Assembly (NCBI RefSeq): GCF_018350175.1
Contig: NC_058382.1
Span: 50,842,001 to 50,902,000 of the forward strand
Direction: 5' to 3'
DNA: 60,000 nt
Source: Felis catus
Taxonomy: Eukaryota
Shown: positions 25,215-38,929 of the stretch, piece after piece
Numbering within the stretch: position 1 is the first letter of the stretch
How the letters are laid out: every line of letters starts with the position of its first letter
The notes under the pieces: model-generated
Database searches by the model: none
Seen by the model: the letters and a program-made list of their open reading frames with translations, nothing else
What the model was told of the DNA's origin: nothing
Made by a program: the position numbers and the translations under genes

Positions 25215-26074
25215 TGAGGCCATTTTTATATTTTAAAATGATCCCTGGGTGATTCCACTGCATAGCCCAACTCAAGGACTGTTCCTAGCTGTTCAACAAA
25301 TATTCCTTTGACTATGTTGTATTTAATTTTCTAAAAACATGAATACTGTTTCTGAATTTACTGACACCTTTTAAATCAGCATTTTATTCATTGTTCTCAC
25401 GTGTGCACAGACTACCTTTCCAGATAATGGGTTCTTGTTAGGTTACATGAGTCGAGTAACCACATGACAACGACAGAAAGACAGAATATGCTTTGCATAC
25501 AAATTGCTTCAGCTAATCATATTTTGAGGACATAATTAGCAGCCTGGGGAAAAATAAACAAAGATAGCTGTAGGTTCTGATGCAACATCTTCAGGCCTTA
25601 ATCTCTCCGGTATGGGAAATCTGAATAAATGTATGCTCCTTTGAGAGTGGCCAAATCGGATAGTGGCATATATTATTATTCAGCACCTTTGATGAGTTAC
25701 AATATTAATTAAATGTTACAACTAAAGGACATTCAATGCAAATGAGGATAACTTTATAAAGTGATTTGGAATCTGACCATCTAGGTCATAAACAAGAAGT
25801 GACTTTTGTTGGTTTCCATACAAGTCAAGAAAACTACATTTTTCCATAAAGTGGAACACGTGTCCACACAGCCCTGAAACTTGCATGTACACCAATGATA
25901 GTTAATTCAGCAAGTTTATATTGTCCCCCTACATTGGTGGGCCCTGTGAGTTCATCATACTACAGTTTCTCTAGCCTATGACTTCGTTGATTGCAAGGTG
26001 AACATTTGGATGTGCCACCGAGAGAAAAAGTCGGTGATTAAAACACACTTTCCACTGCTGTCTTAGAATAAGGA

Positions 26075-26290
26075 AAATACAGTAAAATTTATCGAACATT
26101 TAGTATGCACCAGGCATCGCGCCAAACTCTAAACATCACAATAACCATATGAGGCATCATTATAATTCCTGACCCGTGGAGGGTGTGGGGTGGGGAATTA
26201 GGTTCAGGGAAGTTACATCACTTCCCCAAGGTCACATGATCAGGTACTCAGCTTCAGAATCCCATCTTTAACAACGTAGTACTCTACTAC
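26075..26290 (-). mobile_element. MIR
   Basis: tttatcgaacatttagtatgcaccaggc…aggttcagggaagtt…cacttccccaaggtcaca. Confidence 0.7.
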
Positions 26291-26857
26291 TCACAGTCTA
26301 TTTGAGAACAAACAAGATTTTCAAAATAAGATAACATGCAGTTTTGCACAGGGTTTGCAGAGGATTTCATGGTACCTCAAAAGAAGGACACTGAAGTTCA
26401 ACTCTGGGTTCTTAGAAAGTATCCTGGAGCAGAGAGAGCTACTTTTTAAAATACCTTGAAAAACAGGTTTTGCTAAACACATAAAGCCTGTTTGCTAATT
26501 TGTACAGCTAACTCAATTATAAAAAGAATCTGAGAATTTGAGAGAGAGAAGAACATTATAAATCATTTAGAGCTTTTAGAATGAGGAACTTGGAACCCAG
26601 GGAGGTCAGTGCACTTGCTGAAGGGCAGAGTAGCAATTCATTGCGCAGGTAGTACAGGGCTAATAGCTCAGGACCTGCTTTCGACGATGTCATTATTTAC
26701 AGTGCAAATTATAAATTCTGTAGACATGGTAACCCAGTGAAAAGTACTCAGGCAAGGTAGAGACACAACTGGAATTTTTATTCTAAAAGTGTTTCATTAT
26801 TGGCAACGGGACAGATTTTGGGCGAAGGAAGACAAGCATCGAATTATTATGTAAGTT

Positions 26858-27082
26858 GGACGGTTCTCCAGGGAGTAAATTGGACACCCAAGACCACATC
26901 TGGTAACATCTATAGACATTTTTGATTGTCAGGACTAAAGGGAGGTGCTACTGGAACCTCGTGGATAGAAGCCAGGGATGCCACTAAGTATCCTATGATA
27001 CACGGAATAGTCCCCTCCCGCTAACACACACACATAACAAATCTGGCCTGGATGGTAACGATGCCGAGGTTGGGTAATCTTT
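26858..27082 (+). mobile_element. MER20 (hAT-Charlie non-autonomous DNA transposon)
   Basis: agacatttttgattgtca…gtgctactgg…gtggatagaagccagggatgc…tgccgaggttg follows the MER20 consensus along its length. Confidence 0.85.
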
Positions 27083-27137
27083 TGGTGGTCCAAGAGGACA
27101 TCAAAATCTGAACTAGCACAGCTCGGGGGAGTCAAGT

Positions 27138-27300
27138 TTCATTCATTCATTAAATACTCATTGTGGATCTACTTTTGTGCCAGGGACTGTGATGTACTCC
27201 AGACAAAACAATAAAGATATGCACAGGGAACCCCTGTCCTCACATGGCTTATAGCATAGTGGGGGATATCAGTGAGTACTGAGCTACTTAAATATAACAT
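27138..27300 (-). mobile_element. L2 3'-end fragment
   Basis: ttcattcattcattaaatac…ctacttttgtgccaggg…cctgtcctcacatggcttatagc. Confidence 0.65.
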
Positions 27301-27321
27301 TAAGAGGATCACGGTGGTGGA

Positions 27322-27485
27322 GGGGCGCCGGGGTGGCTCAGTTGGGTGAGCATCTAACTTTGGCACACTTCATGAGTTCGAGCCCCACCATCGGGCTCGA
27401 TGCTTTCAGTGCGGAGTCTGCTTCAGATCCTGTGGCCCCCCCCACCCCCGCAACTAAATAAACAATATCACAAAAACACTAATAA
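27322..27485 (+). mobile_element. Short, deleted Can-SINE
   Basis: ggggcgccggggtggctcagttgg head; degenerate TSD aagagg.tca..gt.gtgga. Confidence 0.85.
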
Positions 27486-28082
27486 AGAGGGTCAGGTTAG
27501 TGGAAATGCCGTGCTGGGAGTGCATCAACCTTTTCACAATTAAATTATAATTGATCTGTGCAGCCTACCATATATAGGGTGGTACAAAAATAATGGGACT
27601 ACACAACACTTCTTGGTTTACATCATACTCCACTGAGGAAGTAACATTTAAGGCCATCTTAAGACGAAGAAAAGGAGGAAAATCCTCCACGCTGCTGGAA
27701 CACCATCTGCAAAAAACTGAGAATTAGAAGGAAGGGAACGGATGGCAACCAGATCACAGAAAAAGAGGTGTGGGGAAAAAGGAGGATGATGAGGGTCACC
27801 GGGGCGAGAGCACACAGGCCAATCGTTGTTTTCAATCCAGCAACGGAAGGAAAGTGCCCTGAAGTGCTGACTCACAATAGAACAATATCCCCTGATTTCC
27901 GGGGAAACCCTTGATGATATAAAAATGAAAACAGCAACACCACACGTAGCTGTGCTTTCTGAATGGTACAGGGGTATGATTAGAGTTTAAGAGTTTGTGA
28001 TTCATTTACCTCCTTTCAGGTACTCGGGAAGGGCATTATTTAGAATGGTTCTACAAACTTTGGGATTGGATTTCAGCTCAGT

Positions 28083-28115
<33 letters not shown>

Positions 28116-28121
28116 GCGCGC
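28083..28121. repeat. (CA)n/(CG)n microsatellite
   Basis: Directly visible. Confidence 0.9.
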
Positions 28122-30576
28122 ATATTCTTTACTTAAGCCTCAATACATTTCTAAAGAAACCACTGTAGTATCTATGAATTTACTTATTTAAAGTCTCCAG
28201 AATGGAAGAAATAAAGCACCTCTTAATGTGGTATTTCAGTGAAATGTGGCCTTTACTAAAGACATTTTAAAGTGCATAGGAAGCTTTTTTTTTTTAAGAG
28301 ATTACAACCTAAAACAGGAGAAGAGGTTTTGTTTTGTTTTTTTAATTTGGGGGGGGGGTCAATCTCGTATTTCCTTCTTAACGAAAATTAGTTTTGGAGA
28401 GAACGGCATCCCTCTGATTTCATGGTATTTATACGAAAAACCGTGCCTTTCCCAAGGGTAGTAATTAAATAACTGAAAAAATTAAGATGATAGGGAATTA
28501 GTGGTGCATAAAGAGCCATCTCTTTTCCTTTAAAAGGTATTTGCGAGGTTTAGTACGGCCTCTGTGTGGCAGAATGGTGAATCTCTGTAGTGTTTAAAAT
28601 ATTTAATACACAGTTTACCTGTGACAGAATTAAACTCAACAGTGAATTAACATGAATTAACAATTTGCATATAAAAGCAAAATGGTAAAGAGGAATGGGC
28701 ACAAGGTATCAGAATCTAACCAACCCGATTGTGAATCTTGGCTGTAGCCTCTGACCTGTCCGCCCAGTGGCCAGGTAGGTTCACAGGAAAGTTGGATTAC
28801 TATAGCGTCAAGGATCCGTTACTCAAAAACTGAATACTGTTGGAAAAAATGATGCCTAAGAAATAGAAAGCAAGGCACTATGTGACAACTTGTCAGACAG
28901 ACTCAACTATTGGAGAGAGAGTGTTTCAGCGATGTTCCTATTGGGGGGGGGGGACCTCTGATACTAAATCAAGGGTAAGGTTCAGATATGCCACCTGTTT
29001 TAATATCTTCAATTTTATTTGAGAAGATTTGCCCAAATCCAATGCAAATGAAAAGGCGGGATTAGGATATAGAGAAAGTGGACATGACTTCAAACTGAGA
29101 GATTATTTCGTGCCTCTAACATTTTGATCATTTGAAATCATTCAGCTGAGCTGACATACATATTCTTTAAAGTATCACTGATGAGGCTTACATGATTCTT
29201 GTCGTTTGAAGATGGCATTTCACTCACAAACTCCTATCATTAATGATAACCGAGCATGATAAAAATAATTAATGACATATCAGCATTTTTCGTTTTAAGA
29301 GAGCTGTACCCTGAGATAGGAGTTTAGTGAGTATTTCCAAATTTCCTGGAGGGTCGAGAAAGCTTGTTATATTATTACTTGCAATTATAATGATAGAAAA
29401 ACAATGACAGGTTATGGCTTTGTTTCCAGGGAATTATACTGAAATATGGAAAATAAATATGAAAAATCACAGTATTTTCTAAGTTATAAATCTGCTTCAA
29501 ACTGGTTTGTATACTTGGGATACAAAATTTGATAAATTTCCTCTCCCCAGCTGAATGATTATAGCTCCTTGGTGAGCTGACCTCCTATTTAAAATGTAAA
29601 ACGAAGTGTCAAAGCTGCCAAAAGTTGTCTTTAACAGACTGGACAGGGGAAAGAGTAATTGAAATTCAGAGCAAGCAATTAACTCCATGGTTCATCAAAT
29701 CACGAAATCTCCCCACTTTTTTTTTTAAAGATTTTTAAAAACAAAACCCATGATAATCAAAAGACTTCCTTCTTATAAATTAAGCATGTAAAACCACATC
29801 TGCTTCTTCAGGATAATTAATTCATTGACATTTGAGTCAACTGATAGGAGCACAAGCTAGTGCCATTAGTTAATTAATAACTTAAGAAAACACGTGTGGA
29901 GTGCCACTGCATCCCAAGTCGTGTACCAAGTGCTGGGGACACAGTGAAGAAAAGATGGCATCATGGCCCTCACAGAGCATGTGGTCTGTCACGGGATTCT
30001 AATTTCAGGCTTATGAGGAAGCGACTGTGGGTCAAGGGTGGGCACAGAGATGCTGTCTGGGGCCAGACTGTTCAGGCAAATAGGCAAGCAAGGTGGGAAG
30101 AAGGAGTCTGACGATGGCCAAACACAAATGCCCTTTAAACCAAGTGGGAGCACCAGCTTCTAGTTGGCACCCTCTGCTTTGGAGGGGTGAGGGTAGGGCA
30201 CTCTAAACGTGGAGGGAAGTGGGAAGTCAAGTGTCATGAGACTACTGCCCACTGCTCACGTCCCACCGAGTCAAAAACTAAACTGGATGGTCGGTGATGG
30301 GTCCAGTCCTGGCAATCCAATTCTGAGTCACGCATTAGGGGATAGTCCTGTGATGAGAGAGTCACCTACAGGGAGCAGGGTCTCAAACTGGATTCTAAGA
30401 AGATTCTAAGAAGAGGGTTCATCATTGCCTTGGAGGAAGCAAAGGGCACTGGCCATCACTGCCAGACCCCCAGGCATCCCCAGTCTGTCCCTGCTTCAAC
30501 TGGAGCAGCGCCCCTTCTGGCTTATTATCCAAGGGATTAGTAGAAGTGGCTTTTCTGCTTTAAAAATATGTAAAGA

Positions 30577-30799
30577 GGGGCGCCTGGGTGGCACAGTCGG
30601 TTAAGCGTCCGACTTCAGCCAGGTCACGATCTCGCGGTCCGGGAGTTCGAGCCCCGCGTCGGGCTCTGGGCTGATGGCTCAGAGCCTGGAGCCTGCTTCT
30701 GATTCTGTGTCTCCCTCTCTCTCTGCCCCTCGCCCGTTCATGCTCTGTCTCTCTCTGTCCCAGAAATAAATAAACGTTGAAAAAAAAAATTTTTTTTTT
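30577..30799 (+). mobile_element. Young Can-SINE (SINEC_Fc1-type)
   Basis: Near-identical to 6079-6297; perfect 14-bp TSD aaaatatgtaaaga. Confidence 0.95.
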
Positions 30800-30859
30800 A
30801 AAATATGTAAAGAAATTGAGAATTAGCTAATTAAGTATTAAATCCTTTAGTATTTAGTA

Positions 30860-31018
30860 AATTGTAAACATATAAATAAAATAGGAAATATTTAAATAAT
30901 ATATAAGTTATAAATAATTATATAAACCAAATAGGATTATATATATACACAGATATATGAATATGAACATATTATATATAAACATATACATATGAACATA
31001 TGTGTGTGTGTGTATGTA

Positions 31019-31051
<33 letters not shown>

Positions 31052-31066
31052 GTATATATATACACA
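30860..31066. repeat. AT-rich low complexity plus (TG)n/(TA)n microsatellite
   Basis: Directly visible. Confidence 0.85.
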
Positions 31067-31084
31067 TAAAGATATGAGGTTTTT

Positions 31085-31300
31085 GGCTCTTGAGTGGCTC
31101 TTTCCTGGGATACTAGCCCTACCACTTACTAGATTACTAGAAGTGTGTCTCCGGTCGAGTTACCTAATTCATCTAAGCCTCAGTTTCCTCTACCAAGTGG
31201 GGGTAATAATGGTACCCGTCCCCTAGTGTGGCTGAGACAACGGAGAGTCAATACAGACAGTGCACAGAAGACAGCCTGGCACAGAGCACGCTCCCAAGAG
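31085..31300 (+). mobile_element. MIR
   Basis: ccacttactag…gttacctaattcatctaagcctcagtttcctc…gggggtaataatggtacc…gcctggcacagag. Confidence 0.8.
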
Positions 31301-32828
31301 GGGTCACAGATTTTCTTTCTGGGGCCAAAGGCACCTGCTGCATCAAGGAAGACTGGGACTGTTAAAAGGTGGAGGAAAAAAGCAGTGTCGGTGTTCTGCT
31401 TTTGACTTTTCGCTAAGATTTTTGAGTCCCTAGTGATAGACTAGCTCTTGACAAGTGAAGAGGCTTTGTTTGGGAGAAAAGGTCATGGTCAAGTCAAAAC
31501 CTTTCTTCTGCCTTTTGAAAGCTAAGATGGGGTGGCTGAGAGTGTGGGGTTCACTGTGCATGACGAGGTAGGGACAATGTGGAAAGGAAGGTGGTCAGTA
31601 AGGGAAAGTGGGGGAGCAGTGTGGCGTCCTGCCCTGGCACTGGGAGTTAGTCAAAGGGGGACGTGAGTGGGCAGAAAATGTACCAGGGTGCCTTCTCCCT
31701 ACTACCCCTCACAGGGCATCAGAGGTACACAAAGTGCAAAGTGGAAGGTGGTCCCTGAGATCAAAGCCTTCAGACAGTGTCCCACGTCCAAGTTCCCACA
31801 GATGGCACTGCCACGCACAATCACCAAGGATTCCCATGTGATTAGATTCTGAGAAGGCCAAGTTCACATTAGCTGGTGACCTGTGGACACCTTGGAGTGA
31901 GACAAGGAGACTGCAGATAGTGGGGCCCTTCAAACTGGAGGCATAAGGCTACAAACAGCAGTGGGTACCAGACATCATCAATAGCCCATCAGTCAAGAGC
32001 AGGACAGATAAGCCACTGGAAGGCAGGATCCCCAGGAGTTTATAGGACCACTCGCTTCTGAGGGCAGAGGGAATGGAGGGCGACTGCCCAGACATTTAGG
32101 ATTTGCACACATCCTCCTTCACCCAGCAGCCCTCTCTAAGGGATAAGGAGGGAAAAAGGAAAAATGGGCTATAGACAAACAGCCATACAAAGGGATTTAA
32201 ATTTTGCTGGTACTTTCTCCTAATGAATCAAAATTAAACAGGAAGAAATTGTTGCCTTGAATTTGTTCGTTTAAAATCATTTTGTGCGTTCCCCATCTTC
32301 CTGCTGTGGTTAGCTACTGTTAGCAACTGGGCTCCAGAGCAAGTTCCAGAACATTAAGAAAAACGACTTTTTTTTGAACATTTCAGTTTGAACAGGACCC
32401 CTTTACAAAACGTAAATTACCCTTGGGTGTGCATTATTTAGCTGTTACTGATGGGATCACCCTGTATCCCTGCTCTAGAAGGTCCTTTCAGAGCCTAGGG
32501 CAGAGGGCTCAGAGCGGTCCTGAAGTATGTGACATTTCTGAAGGTGGTTTTGAATATATGGGCCTAACACCCAATGTCCTTCCCAAAGCCCAATTATCCT
32601 CGAATGGGAATGCCGAGTTTTGCTTCATTTTGATTCCTTCCGGGTCACTACTACTCAGTTAGACCTGACGATGAATAGGAACAATTTCTTATATTCCTGT
32701 TTGGAGTTACTAGTCATTTATTATGACCATCCAGCTTGCTTTCCATAACTTGTCCTTGGGTGGGTTGGGGAGAGTGTCACAGAACCTTTAGAGAGAGAAA
32801 GAACCTGAGAATCTAGTCTAATTTAAAC

Positions 32829-32849
32829 TTTTTACCTTTATTTATTTAT

Positions 32850-32885
<36 letters not shown>

Positions 32886-33044
32886 AGAGGGACAGAAAGA
32901 GGTAAAGAGAGAGAGAATCCCAAGCAGGCTCCACATTGTCAGCACAGAGCCCAATGCGGAGCTAGAACTCACGAACGGTGAGAACATGACCCGAGCTGAA
33001 ATCAAGAGTCAGTCGCTTAACCAACTGAGCCTCCCAGGTGCCCC
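32829..33044 (-). mobile_element. Can-SINE
   Basis: Full reverse-complement SINE. Confidence 0.95.
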
Positions 33045-33306
33045 AAGTCTTATTTTATACATAAGCTGAGTCACAGGTGATCTAGGTGACTGGCAGGGGG
33101 CCACCTAATATGGCACCCCTGAACTTCCAACTCCTTCTGGTGCCCACCCAGAGCCCTAAGATGCACACGTTGGGGCACACCACCAGATGTGGCCTGAAAA
33201 TACATGAGGGCAAGTCTTTGGATCCACTGAGACCAGCATTCCCTTTACAGACATGCATTATAGAGCAATTTCCCGAAAATATCGAGCACACATTGTCAGC
33301 TCCTGC

Positions 33307-33309
33307 AAA

Positions 33310-33393
<84 letters not shown>

Positions 33394-33509
33394 AAAAGAA
33401 GAAGAGAAGAGAAGAGAAGAGAAGAGAAGAGAAGAGAAGAAAAGAAAAGAAAAGAAAAGAAAAGAAAAGAAAAGAAAAGAAAAGAAAAGAAAAGAAAAGA
33501 AAAAGAAAA
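33307..33509. repeat. Compound (GAAA)n-(GAAGA)n-(GAAAA)n homopurine tandem repeat
   Basis: Directly visible; only A and G on the + strand. Confidence 0.98.
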
Positions 33510-33686
33510 CAAGGAATTTTGAGTGGGGTTAGCCACATGTGCTGAGTACTTGGTTTCTGGAGGAAACAACCCCTGGTTATCAAGAACTGAGTGAAGAGTT
33601 TACCCATTCGGGGGCCTGACAGAAATGAGCGAAAGGAATCAGATTTTGGTTTTGTTCAGCCAAGGGAGAGTCATTTGACTTACAGG

Positions 33687-33687
<1 letters not shown>

Positions 33688-33734
<47 letters not shown>
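33688..33734. repeat. (CA)n microsatellite
   Basis: Directly visible. Confidence 0.95.
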
Positions 33735-33738
<4 letters not shown>

Positions 33739-34439
33739 CAAACGTGGCTGCAGAAGGTGTGCTTTCCAATTGAGAATTCCTAGGTTTTACTGGAGTTCAG
33801 TCAAAGTGGAAGCTGTTGATGGAGGAGGTTAATGTCTATCACAGTCTGGGTATTTTTGCAATGACTTCTTTCACAGCATGTTCATTTTAAGAATAAAGAG
33901 GTCTTTATGGTGAGTGAAAGTTTAATGAGGATTACAAGGGCCCCCCAGATGCTTACGACCCATTTGAATAACCCATAACCTCTATGTTTATCATGAGAGG
34001 GAACATGCCAATTTAAGGTATTACAGACATTCTTCAGAAGACCTTTACAGTTTCCATAGGCATTTTCAAGAATTTTCTTCTACATTCTGCAATTTATAAA
34101 TTGCAGAATGTGTGTTACTATGGAAACGACCTCTGGTCTCTGTTACTCAACTACACGAAAGATAAGCTTTGGGGATGTACCCCCACTAGTAAATATCTTT
34201 TCTTTGCTGTTTACCCCTTCATACTTCCTTCTGCTGTTATACATGCTCGCTGTGAAACATCAGAGCAGGTATTATAAAGAAGACAAGTATGGAGTTTAAT
34301 AAAAGCACAAATGTTTTCTGGAACCTGAATCAAGGGAGCTTTAGCAAAATCAGCAAAAGAAGGGATGTCATCGCAGCTAATATTTGTTAACTACTTAGCA
34401 ACAGTTTCCTCCTGTGAAATTCAAACTTTGGTGTGTGTG

Positions 34440-34602
34440 TGCAGCAGAATCACACAGTGGGCTTGCTTGAAGCCCGCTGCTGGGCTCCACCATCACAGTC
34501 CCCGATGCGAAAGACCCGGGGCAGGGCCCACAATGTGCTTTCAGAACAAGTCCCAGGTGAAGCTGGATACTGGTGACCCAGGCACCGCAGAGAGAACCAC
34601 CC
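34440..34602. mobile_element. MER5A-like hAT DNA transposon relic
   Basis: cagaatcac…tgctgggctccacc…ggggcagggccc…aacaagtcccaggtga…gagaaccac. Confidence 0.7.
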
Positions 34603-34641
34603 TGCTGACCATCGTCCGGAGCTTTTTAAAAAAACTGTAAA

Positions 34642-34847
34642 AGCCCGGGTGGCTCCGTCAGTTAAGCGTCCAACTTCCGCTCAGGTCATGATCTCACGGT
34701 TTGTGAGTTCGAGCCCCGCGTCGGGCTCTGGGCTGACAGCTCAGAGCCTGGAGCCTGCTTCGGATTCTGTGTGTGTCTCTCTCTCTGCCCCACCCCCTGC
34801 TTGTGCTGTCTGGCTCTGTCTCTCAAAAATAAGTAAACATTAAAAAA
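34642..34847 (+). mobile_element. Can-SINE
   Basis: TSD aaaaaactgt. Confidence 0.95.
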
Positions 34848-34848
34848 C

Positions 34849-35380
34849 TGTGGTCAAATATCCATTACATAAGATGTGCCATTTTAACCATTTTGAGGCG
34901 TAGGGCACATATTATATTCACGTTGTGGTGCGACCATCATCACCATCTGCCTCCGAAATGCCTTTGTCATCCCAAAGTGAAACTCTTCCCGCTAATACAT
35001 ATCTTCCATTCCTCCCTCCACCCAGGCTCTGGCGACTGCCATTCTACCGTCTCTATGAATTTGACTATTTCAGGTACCCCATAAAGTGAAATCATACAGC
35101 ATTTGTCTTCTGACAAACTTCTTTCACGTAGCCTGATGTGACCAAAGTTTATCCACGTTGAGAGCGGATCAGAACTTCCTTCCTCTCTAAGGCTGAATAA
35201 TATTCCACTGTATACGCATACCACAAGTTGTTGATCCACCCATCCATCTGATGATGGACACTGGTTTGTTTCCACCTCTTGGCTGTGAAGAATGCTGGGA
35301 ACATGGGTGTACAAATATCTGTTCAAATGCCTGCTTTCAGTTCTTCTGGGCATATGCCAAGAAGTAGAAGTGCTGATTCT
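34849..35380 (-). mobile_element. L1 3' end (L1MB-like)
   Basis: ccattttaaccattttga…tctatgaatttgacta…aaggctgaataatattccactg…gatggacactggtttgtttccac. Confidence 0.85.
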
Positions 35381-37849
35381 AAGCATTTTACATGTACAAT
35401 TACACTTCAAGTTTAGAAAAAGGCAGGTTATTATTACGGTTGAGGAAAAAGACACCCAAAATTCACCTCATCTGACTCAGGCCACACAGCTCGTAGGCAC
35501 AGGTAGGCTGACTCCTCCATTCAGGTACCCAGGACACTTAACTGTCTTCTCTGCCCGAAGAAAGCATTTCACTGTCCCTGGAAAACTCCCCACATTGATA
35601 CAGACATTAATTTTTCACAATAAAGAGTGGAAGTAATTACCTTTCCAAAATGACAGCTAGCATGCGATTCAATAATCTAATGTATGTAAGGATTCAGGTA
35701 GAGGATAAAGCAAATTATTCTTCCCAGTTTGTTAATTCACGCATCTCTTCTTTAGATTATTTCTGGAATAAAGTAGGCTAAACTATCTCTAAAATCTGCC
35801 ACTTAGGGGCCAAACTATTTTCAATCGCGTAAACATTTCCGCTCTGAGCCGTCAAACATGACAATGTGACAGTGGAGGGGGACTGTCCTTCCAATAATCA
35901 GAACAGCAGGATTGGGCCCTTGTCGTATTCAGTTCTCTGGATAATTAAGCCAAGCCACCCACGGAGAAATTCCTGCAGTGGGCTTTACATGCAGTTAGGT
36001 TAGATTAATATGCCGCATGAATTAGAAGCCACAATCTAAATATTACAGGGGACATCCAGCACAGGATATAGGACACAGGAGAGCAGAACACAACGTGGCT
36101 GAGAAACTCGCAGGGGGTGCGCAGTTTCAAACACTTGATTCTGTTTCTGGAATGCACCTTCCTCCTCCGTGGGCTGCTTACTCCCACATCTAAGACTCAA
36201 GAAGGCTAGTAAGTGTGACAGTGCACATCAGGTATGAGAGATGATCAAAGTGGTGGATGAAAATGGTCCGAAGACTAGAGGGTGTCATTCATTACGGATA
36301 TTTTAAATATTTTAAAGGCGCATATTTCTTCTCCTGGATGTGCAATCAGGATGTGGGGGGTTTTAAGGCTGCAAATAAGCATTTCCATTCTTCAAGCCCG
36401 GTCTCAGGTCATACACATGTGTTGTCTTCCTTGCCGGCCTCACTGCTTTGAGAATATTGAAAGATTATTAGAGCACTATTGCTTTTATAGATACAAGTCA
36501 ACCTTCAGCCAAAAGAGACAGGAGAGAGGACCAAAGGCACTTCTCCACCCCTTGGTCTAGTTCTCCAGGCAGTAGGATACCGTAATTCTGGGAATCTAGG
36601 GGAGAAGGACTTGTTACATAAACAGCTGAGAAAGGTGGGCACTTTGCCCTGCAGGTGACAAAATCCTGCAAACATGTCCCCATCTCTAGTCTTGGATGCT
36701 GTGACCAAAATATTGCCAGCGCTCCCAGCTGCTCCTTAAATTATATACTTTTCCATCTTATTTGTGGAGTTCTAAATGAGCTGCCATTTGTGGGGGATTC
36801 TACCCAGCCTCTCCCCTCCATCTTCCAGAAAATAGTCCTTGCCCCCCCCCAAATTACCATAAACATGGCTCTCCTAGCTTTTTTGCTACAACACCTAGGA
36901 TTGCTATTTAATGAATCTGGAAATTTAAATTTTCACGAAATAGCAAAGGACTTATCACATCTCCTGTGGTTGCATGTGCACTGAAATATTTTTCTTTTTC
37001 CATTTCATTGGTGATAATTCATACAAAGGGAGAATAGCAAATTAAAGATACAGAATGTCCTGCATTCTCTTTTTTGAATGTATCATCTGCACCCCAAGTC
37101 CAGCCTTTATTTTGCATGTTAATTTTCTTGTACAAAGAAACTTTTAAAATACTTTTCTCGTATTTAGATATAATGTTTAAGCATGAAAAAATTCTGGATG
37201 GGTGCCTCCTTGAAATTGTTCCTACAGCTTGAGGTTCCTTCCTTTTATCAACATTTGACTGTATTTTCCTTTCCAGACCTAGAACATTCTTTTCATGTCT
37301 GAGCCCAAATTGCTCTCTGATCAGAAACATTGGTTCCACTAAATAACTCTTGCAGTTCTTAAAGTACTTATGCTTCTCCAGACATTTAATGTGAGATCCA
37401 AATATTACTTATAAAGCTGCATCCTGTTGCAATGTCTCTGCTGAGGAATCTTAATTATTTCTTGTTGGTATTTCTTTAAATAATTAGTTTAAAGATGGTG
37501 CGTGAACATTCAATGTTCTCCTTTCCATCAGTCAGGATTCTTACTTGCATACAAGGCGTGTACACACACACACACACACACTGGATAATTTAAGGGAAAA
37601 AGAGCCTCACAGAAAGAAAACTGAGTACCTCACAGGCTCTCTAGGATCCTAAGAGATTTGCAGGGGGGTGCTTTTCAGGAATACCACCCCAAACCTTACA
37701 ACAGAGCCTCCTGCATACCTGTTAAAATCTGATTGACCCTACTTCTTTCTCTAATCTTCAGGAGTCAGTTCTATGAAGACTTTGCCACTTTCTGCATGTG
37801 ATATCAGTGCCTTATCTTGAGCCTGCCTCCACAGGTTGCCTGAGAAGGA

Positions 37850-38185
37850 AATACTCTAAGCCGTAAGGGGGAGTCACCCTAAGAACCCAATAGGGAGAGG
37901 AGCCAATGCATATGGAATCACACTGGGGCAGAGGATGGGTTAATGTTGGTCCTTTTCTTCACCCAGGTACACAGTTATGACCTTTATTTCATTAAGTTTC
38001 CTCAGACAGTCCTAGTAGGATGTAGCCTTGTGGCTCACCATGGTAGCTCATCTTATTAGCTTTCCTTCCTTCCCCGTTTCAACTCCTGCCCACGAACTCC
38101 TGCTCCCTGACATCGCACTCCCCGCCAAAACTACCAGCTCACAAGTCTGTTCCTTCAAGGTTTTCTTTGCAGGAAACCCATGATA
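37850..38185 (+). mobile_element. ERVL LTR remnant (LTR16-like)
   Basis: ttattagctttccttccttccccgtttc…ctgctccctg…cactcccc…ttttctttgcaggaaaccca 3' end. Confidence 0.6.
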
Positions 38186-38929
38186 AAAAAAAAAAAAAGC
38201 TTGATTTACGATGAATCTTATTCCATTCCTCTCTTTATTAGCTCGTAAGTTAGGATATTCCTTTTATTCCTGTGTTATGTTTTTAAAAAGTTACTCTAGA
38301 GATTACAACAGGCATTCTTGATAAAGTCGGATTTAAATGAGTACTTGTGCCACCTTCTGGTCAATACATGGGCCTTTCTCTGATTCACGGACTCTTGGGG
38401 TTGACTATTTTATTAGGAATTTAATATTCCACAAGACATCATGATGTATCGTTCTGTACAATAGTTTTTAACTTTTTTTCTTTGCAGGGAAGAGTCCTTA
38501 TTTAGGAAAGAGACCTTTATTAGGGGGGAAGGACTGCTCCCTCAAGAGTTACTGCCATGGCAGAAAACAAGCCTGTAAACCACGAGTTCAGGGAACTCAT
38601 CACTGATGTGTCCCTTGCCAAAACACTATTTTTTAAGCTGCTGGTGGAGAATGTTTGCTATGTCATTCCTTATACCTTGGTGGCCTATGTGTGTATTTCT
38701 TTGCCCATTTTTTTTATTGTGGCAAAATAGACATAAAATTGACCACTTTTAGATGTACATTTCAGTGGTATTAAATACACTGTTTATATCCAGCAAGGCA
38801 TTGTGTCCTCAATCTCCACAGCTCTTTTCATTTCGTAAAACTGAAACGGTCTATCCAAGAATGACATAGTTTTATTCACACATTTATCTGCTTAGTTTCA
38901 CCCTTGATCTGCCTTTAATGATCAATTGC

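Noticed and set aside
30505..30523. CTCF-like motif (minus strand gccagaaggggcgctgc)
   Set aside because: The core spacing is one base off the consensus; too weak to call.
33086..33607. K/E/R-rich and F/S/L-rich ORFs of 89-148 aa
   Set aside because: Translations of the purine microsatellite, which cannot contain stop codons.
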